A DNA stretch of 64,000 nucleotides from Terriglobia bacterium (GTDB lineage: Bacteria; Acidobacteriota; Terriglobia; JAJPHL01; JAPKYU01). The notes beneath the pieces were generated by a model. The model did no database searches, was not told the origin of the DNA, and saw only the letters and a program-made list of their open reading frames with translations. The stretch spans positions 2,144,001 to 2,208,000 of the forward strand of contig CBDBKE010000004.1 of NCBI GenBank assembly GCA_965206645.1, read 5' to 3'. Below, one piece after another: positions 58,756 to 64,000 of this stretch (the stretch's first letter is position 1; every line of letters begins with the position of its first letter). The position numbers and the translations under genes were made by a program.

Positions 58756-59178
58756 CTACTCCACTTCGACCATCAGGTCATCCCAATGCCGCTCTGTGAT
58801 TTCTCATCGACGCTGCTCATTTTTGCGCAATTCCTCCTGGTTAGGGAAAAGGCGCCGCAAGATTTTCTGGTTGTGTTCTTCGTCGCCCAGCACGGCAAAA
58901 CTGGAAAAGCGCAGCAGGACCCTGAAGTGTCATTCAGGTCCGCCCTGGTGCATGTGCGGCCGGAAAATCGCAATGGACAGCAGTCGCTCCTCCTTTTGCA
59001 ATTCCTCGAGCAGCGGGAGGTGCCATTTCTTGTAGAGCGCCAACCACTCCTCACTTTTGCCCGGCGCGATCTTGTAATGGTTCTCAATGACGGGCTGGGA
59101 GGGTTGGGCCACCGACGCGACCGCAAACAGCCCGGTGAGGGTCAGGGCCAGGGCGCAATGGGCTACCGTTCGGCGCAT
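58756..59178 (-). pseudogene. Secreted hypothetical protein interrupted by two in-frame TGA codons
   Basis: GGAGGAG RBS and signal peptide; the frame continues through TGA at 58930-58932 and 58804-58806 to TAG at 58756. Confidence 0.65.
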
Positions 59179-59272
59179 CTTCTCCTCCGAAAAAAATCCC
59201 TGCCCGATGGCCGGGCAGGGCGGATACATCCCTGGTGGATACATCCTGGTAGATACGTCCCGGGGGTTGAGC

Positions 59273-59785
59273 CTACTCCAGTTCGGGCAGCTTTAGGTTC
59301 GCTTTGGAGAGAGCTCGCTCCACGAGCGCCTCAGCCTGCCGATCTTGCAAGCGTTTCACAACGGCCAGCTCGCTGATCACCAGGTGGCGCGCTCGGTCGA
59401 GCATCTTCTTTTCCCGGAAGGAAAGCGGTTTGGAACGGCCCAGCATCAGAAGGCTTTTCATCACCTCGGCTACATGCGACAGGGACCCGTCGCGCATTTT
59501 TTCCGAGTTCTCCTTGAACCGCCACTTCCAGTCGGAATGGCTCCGGCAATTGCCGTTGGACAGATAGGCGAGGACGAGCCCCACTTCGGCCTCTTTCACG
59601 ATCCTGCGAAGGCCGACGGTCACGACACCGGCAACGGGGACCATAACAGTCAGACTGCTGGAATTGATCCGCAAAAGGTAGAACTTTTCGCTTTCTCCGG
59701 AGATGTTGCGGTTGCTGATTTGTTCGATGGTTCCAACCCCATGATTGGGATAGACAACTTTATCTCCAACACGGAAATTCACCAT
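59273..59785 (-). CDS. carD: CarD family transcriptional regulator
   Basis: FRVGDKVVYPNHGVG, WKWRFKEN and LSFREKKML motifs. Confidence 0.92.
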   Translation of the reverse strand: MVNFRVGDKVVYPNHGVGTIEQISNRNISGESEKFYLLRINSSSLTVMVPVAGVVTVGLRRIVKEAEVGLVLAYLSNGNCRSHSDWKWRFKENSEKMRDGSLSHVAEVMKSLLMLGRSKPLSFREKKMLDRARHLVISELAVVKRLQDRQAEALVERALSKANLKLPELE

Positions 59786-60084
59786 AATGAGTTATACCCC
59801 GCTGCAGACCCGTCTCGGGGAAACTAGGTCTGTCTTCCTGGGCTGGATTTAACAACTAATTTTACTCATGAAAGCATACAAATGTCAATGGAAAGAAAAA
59901 TGAAACCCACGCCTGGCGCGGCTTTCCGGCAACATTGGCCGCTGCCGGTCTCTCGAACAGTCCCGCTGGCGCAAGGTCGTGGTGATCTCCGCGCTCACTG
60001 GAACACTGCCAGTCTAGTTGAGAATTTCGGCTGGGTTTGACTCGGCTGGATTTGACAGGGATGAAAACCGAGCCCGCTATTTGT

Positions 60085-61581
<1,497 letters not shown>

Positions 61582-61802
61582 AAGGGGTGTGAGCCCCCAT
61601 TATAGCCTGTCCCGCCGCGAGTCCGACTGGCCGGTCTCCTGGATCACGCTAAGAAGCTGTTGCCAGACTACTGGGGCGGGATCCTGGTATAATCCGCAGC
61701 GAAATTGAGCGGCTCGTGGGTTAACCGGCGCGTAATTGTGTCGGCCGGGCGGACATCAAACGGAAGGCATCCAAACGGAAGAAACCGGGAAAAGAGGAGA
61801 AT

Positions 61803-62606
61803 ATGGCTTTGTACCCTGCCAAGCAGAAGCTCTCCGCTGGGAAGATAGTTTGCGGAACGATGCTGACCGAGTGCTTGCGGCCGGAAATGGTGACCGCGCT
61901 GGCCGCCTCCGGCGTCGACTTCTTCATCATCGACACCGAGCACTCGCCAGGCGACCTGCACGAGATCGAAGCGCTGGTGCGGGCGAGCCGTCAGTTCGGC
62001 ATCGCCCCGTTGGTGCGCATCACCGACAACGTGTCGTACTTGATTACCCGCGTGTTGGACTGCGGAGCGGCCGGCGTAGTTGCGCCACGCGTTGACTCGG
62101 CCGAAGAAGCACGACGCATCGTCGATGCAGTGAAGTATCCGCCGCAGGGGCGCCGCGGCTTCGGCATGCGCGGCATCATTACCGATTTCCGAGGCGCGAG
62201 CACAGCTGAAAGTGTCGAGGCCAGCAATCGTGAAACCATTGTGGTGATCCAGGTGGAGAGCGGCGAGGCTCTGGAGAACCTGGACAAGATCGTGGCAGTG
62301 CCTGGCATTGACGCCACCATGATCGGGCCGCAGGACCTCTCCATCTCGCTGGGCGTGCCCGGCCAGTTGGCGCACGCCAAGCTGAAGGCAGCCTACCAGC
62401 GCGTGGTGGAGGTGTGCCAGCGCAGCCCCGTCGCCGCCGGCATCCACATGGGCGATGCGGCTCGCCTCAACGAGCTGCGCGGGGATGGCTATCGCTTGCT
62501 GGCCTACTCCACCGACTTGGCGCTGATGATGAAGTCGCTGAAAGAGGGGATCGAGGCCGTCCGTGGTGCGGGGGCGGCGTCGCCCACCAGTGCCGGAATG
62601 TACTGA
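61803..62606 (+). CDS. HpcH/HpaI aldolase family protein
   Basis: IDTEH, LDCGAAG, YPPQGRRG, QVES and IGPQDLS motifs; GAGGAG RBS. Confidence 0.9.
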   Translation: MALYPAKQKLSAGKIVCGTMLTECLRPEMVTALAASGVDFFIIDTEHSPGDLHEIEALVRASRQFGIAPLVRITDNVSYLITRVLDCGAAGVVAPRVDSAEEARRIVDAVKYPPQGRRGFGMRGIITDFRGASTAESVEASNRETIVVIQVESGEALENLDKIVAVPGIDATMIGPQDLSISLGVPGQLAHAKLKAAYQRVVEVCQRSPVAAGIHMGDAARLNELRGDGYRLLAYSTDLALMMKSLKEGIEAVRGAGAASPTSAGMY

Positions 62607-62730
62607 GGCAAGAAAGAGTGCTGCGCGGAAGAGAAGCTCGGCAAGATTGCGAGTTCCAGTCTCGTTCGATTTTTCCCCAAACTTAAGTGGTTCGTGAGAA
62701 GGATCCGGCTGCGTGCTGGCGCGCAGCCGA

Positions 62731-62795
62731 CGCTCTTCAGGGTCGCGGCTCAGTCCCTCGTCTGGGCGACAGAGCCGCTCGAGTCAGCAAGCGGT
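62731..62795. repeat. REP doublet, copy 2
   Basis: CGCTCTTCAGGGTCGCGGCT-spacer-AGAGCCGCTCGAGTCAGCAAGCGGT; preceded by the hairpin CGGCTGCGTG-CTGG-CGCGCAGCCG. Confidence 0.7.
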
Positions 62796-62869
62796 TCTGG
62801 GGAGACCAACCCTCGTCCTTAAGCACCCTGGCAGCCCCCTGGTCGGTGTGCCCTCCCTGCGGACTCCTT

Positions 62870-64000
62870 TCAGGTGGTCTTGCCGAGCCCGGAGACGCCG
62901 GAGGATTGTGGCGACGCGAGAGGAACGCGGAGCAGCAGGCGGGAGCCGTGTCCCGGGTGGGACTCGAGCCGCAGGGAAGCGCCAAGCTGGCGGGCGCGCT
63001 GCTTGATGCTGACCGGCCCGACGCGTAAGCGGTCCAGCTCTTCCAATGTGTAACTGCCGGAGAAATTGAAGCCCTGGCCGTCGTCGTCAATAGTGAGCTT
63101 CAGCTCCTCCGCCTGTGCGTCCACGGCGATCACGATGTGGCTGGCGCGAGCATGCTTCCGGGTATTGGCGACGGCCTCGCGCGCGATCTGGAAGACCTCG
63201 CGGGAAACCCGGCGAGGCACTTGGACCCGGTGGCTGTCGGCCAACAGCTGGACGCTGATGTCCCCGCTGCGTGCCATCTGCTCGACCAGGCCGCGCAGCA
63301 GGCTGAGCAGCGTAGTTCCTTCCATGTCCATCGGGCGCATCTGCTCGACCAGATCGCGCATTTCCTGGGCCTGGTTGCGCACCAGCAACTGGAGCTGCTC
63401 CAGTTGCTGGACGGCACCGGCCGGGTCGCGCTCCAGCAGCTTCCGGATGAACTCAAGATGGACGTCAATGCTGAGGAAGGTTTGAAGCGGCCCGTCGTGG
63501 AAATCGTGCGCGATTCGGCTGCGCTCTTCGTCGATGGCCAGTGCCCGAGCGCGGCGCAACAGGAAAAACTGCTGGATCAGCGGAGCCAATTCGACGGCGA
63601 GCGCCTGTAAGCCGCGCAGCGTGGCCGCGCTCATCTGCTTTGGATCCAGAACCAGTAGGCGGCCGCAGTGCGAACCGCGGGCAAAGCGGACGCTCAGAAT
63701 GCGCTGAGCTTCCAGACGCTGGCAAAGGGGCGACTCGGCAGGCAATGCTTCGGCCACTTCCCGGCGGTCCAGGGTGATCCAGAAATCCACCTCGTGCGGG
63801 GGCACCTCGAGCGGTGTGGGTTCGGCCTCGCCCTGCCGGTAATCCCAGCGGTAGAGCTGCTCTTCTTCGCTGTCGTAAAACAGCAGAATGGTGTGACGCA
63901 CGCGCAGGATTTCGCTAACGGCGCGCAGGACTCGGCCCAGCAACTGCCGGGGCTCCTCGCCCAGCCGCATGCGACGCAACTCCTGAACCAGGTCCCCTAA
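62870..64000 (-). CDS. NarX/UhpB-type (HisKA_3) sensor histidine kinase, 5' end outside the window
   Basis: ERSRIAHDFHDG H-box, EAVANTRKHA N-box and DDGQGF; the frame is open to the window edge. Confidence 0.9.
   Translation of the reverse strand, partial: LGDLVQELRRMRLGEEPRQLLGRVLRAVSEILRVRHTILLFYDSEEEQLYRWDYRQGEAEPTPLEVPPHEVDFWITLDRREVAEALPAESPLCQRLEAQRILSVRFARGSHCGRLLVLDPKQMSAATLRGLQALAVELAPLIQQFFLLRRARALAIDEERSRIAHDFHDGPLQTFLSIDVHLEFIRKLLERDPAGAVQQLEQLQLLVRNQAQEMRDLVEQMRPMDMEGTTLLSLLRGLVEQMARSGDISVQLLADSHRVQVPRRVSREVFQIAREAVANTRKHARASHIVIAVDAQAEELKLTIDDDGQGFNFSGSYTLEELDRLRVGPVSIKQRARQLGASLRLESHPGHGSRLLLRVPLASPQSSGVSGLGKTT

Overview
High-GC bacterial chromosomal window, most likely Acidobacteriota (inferred from a Solibacter-type C-terminal-domain protein, a Ser/Thr kinase-PD40 propeller gene and the hypothetical-gene repertoire). 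Most of it is core genome: prfA, galU, the ffh-rpsP-khpA-rimM-trmD-rplS-rnhB operon, archease-rtcB, pheA, tldD-pmbA, valS-nadC-birA-coaX-rlmD, comEC, rnr, carD and gatB. The most interesting part is a decayed ~6 kb accessory island at about 49970-56000. It starts at an orphan tRNA-Ser 3' fragment (att-like) and carries four same-orientation copies of a 34-bp loxP/dif-like site (14-bp inverted arms, 6-bp asymmetric spacer, consensus ATAGGTAAACACTA-ACSGAC-TAGTGKTTACCTAT). These sites divide the cargo into cassette-like blocks of intact and truncated genes, followed by an IS1380; no recombinase gene is in the window. Other signals: a lower-GC HEPN-like (RxxxxH-type) gene directly behind prfA, a kinase split at a U_UUU_UUC heptamer, a gene with two in-frame TGA codons, many ~15-bp tandem microduplications, several REP/STRR-like intergenic repeats and many apparently leaderless genes. 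All calls come from motif recognition by eye; no database searches were run.
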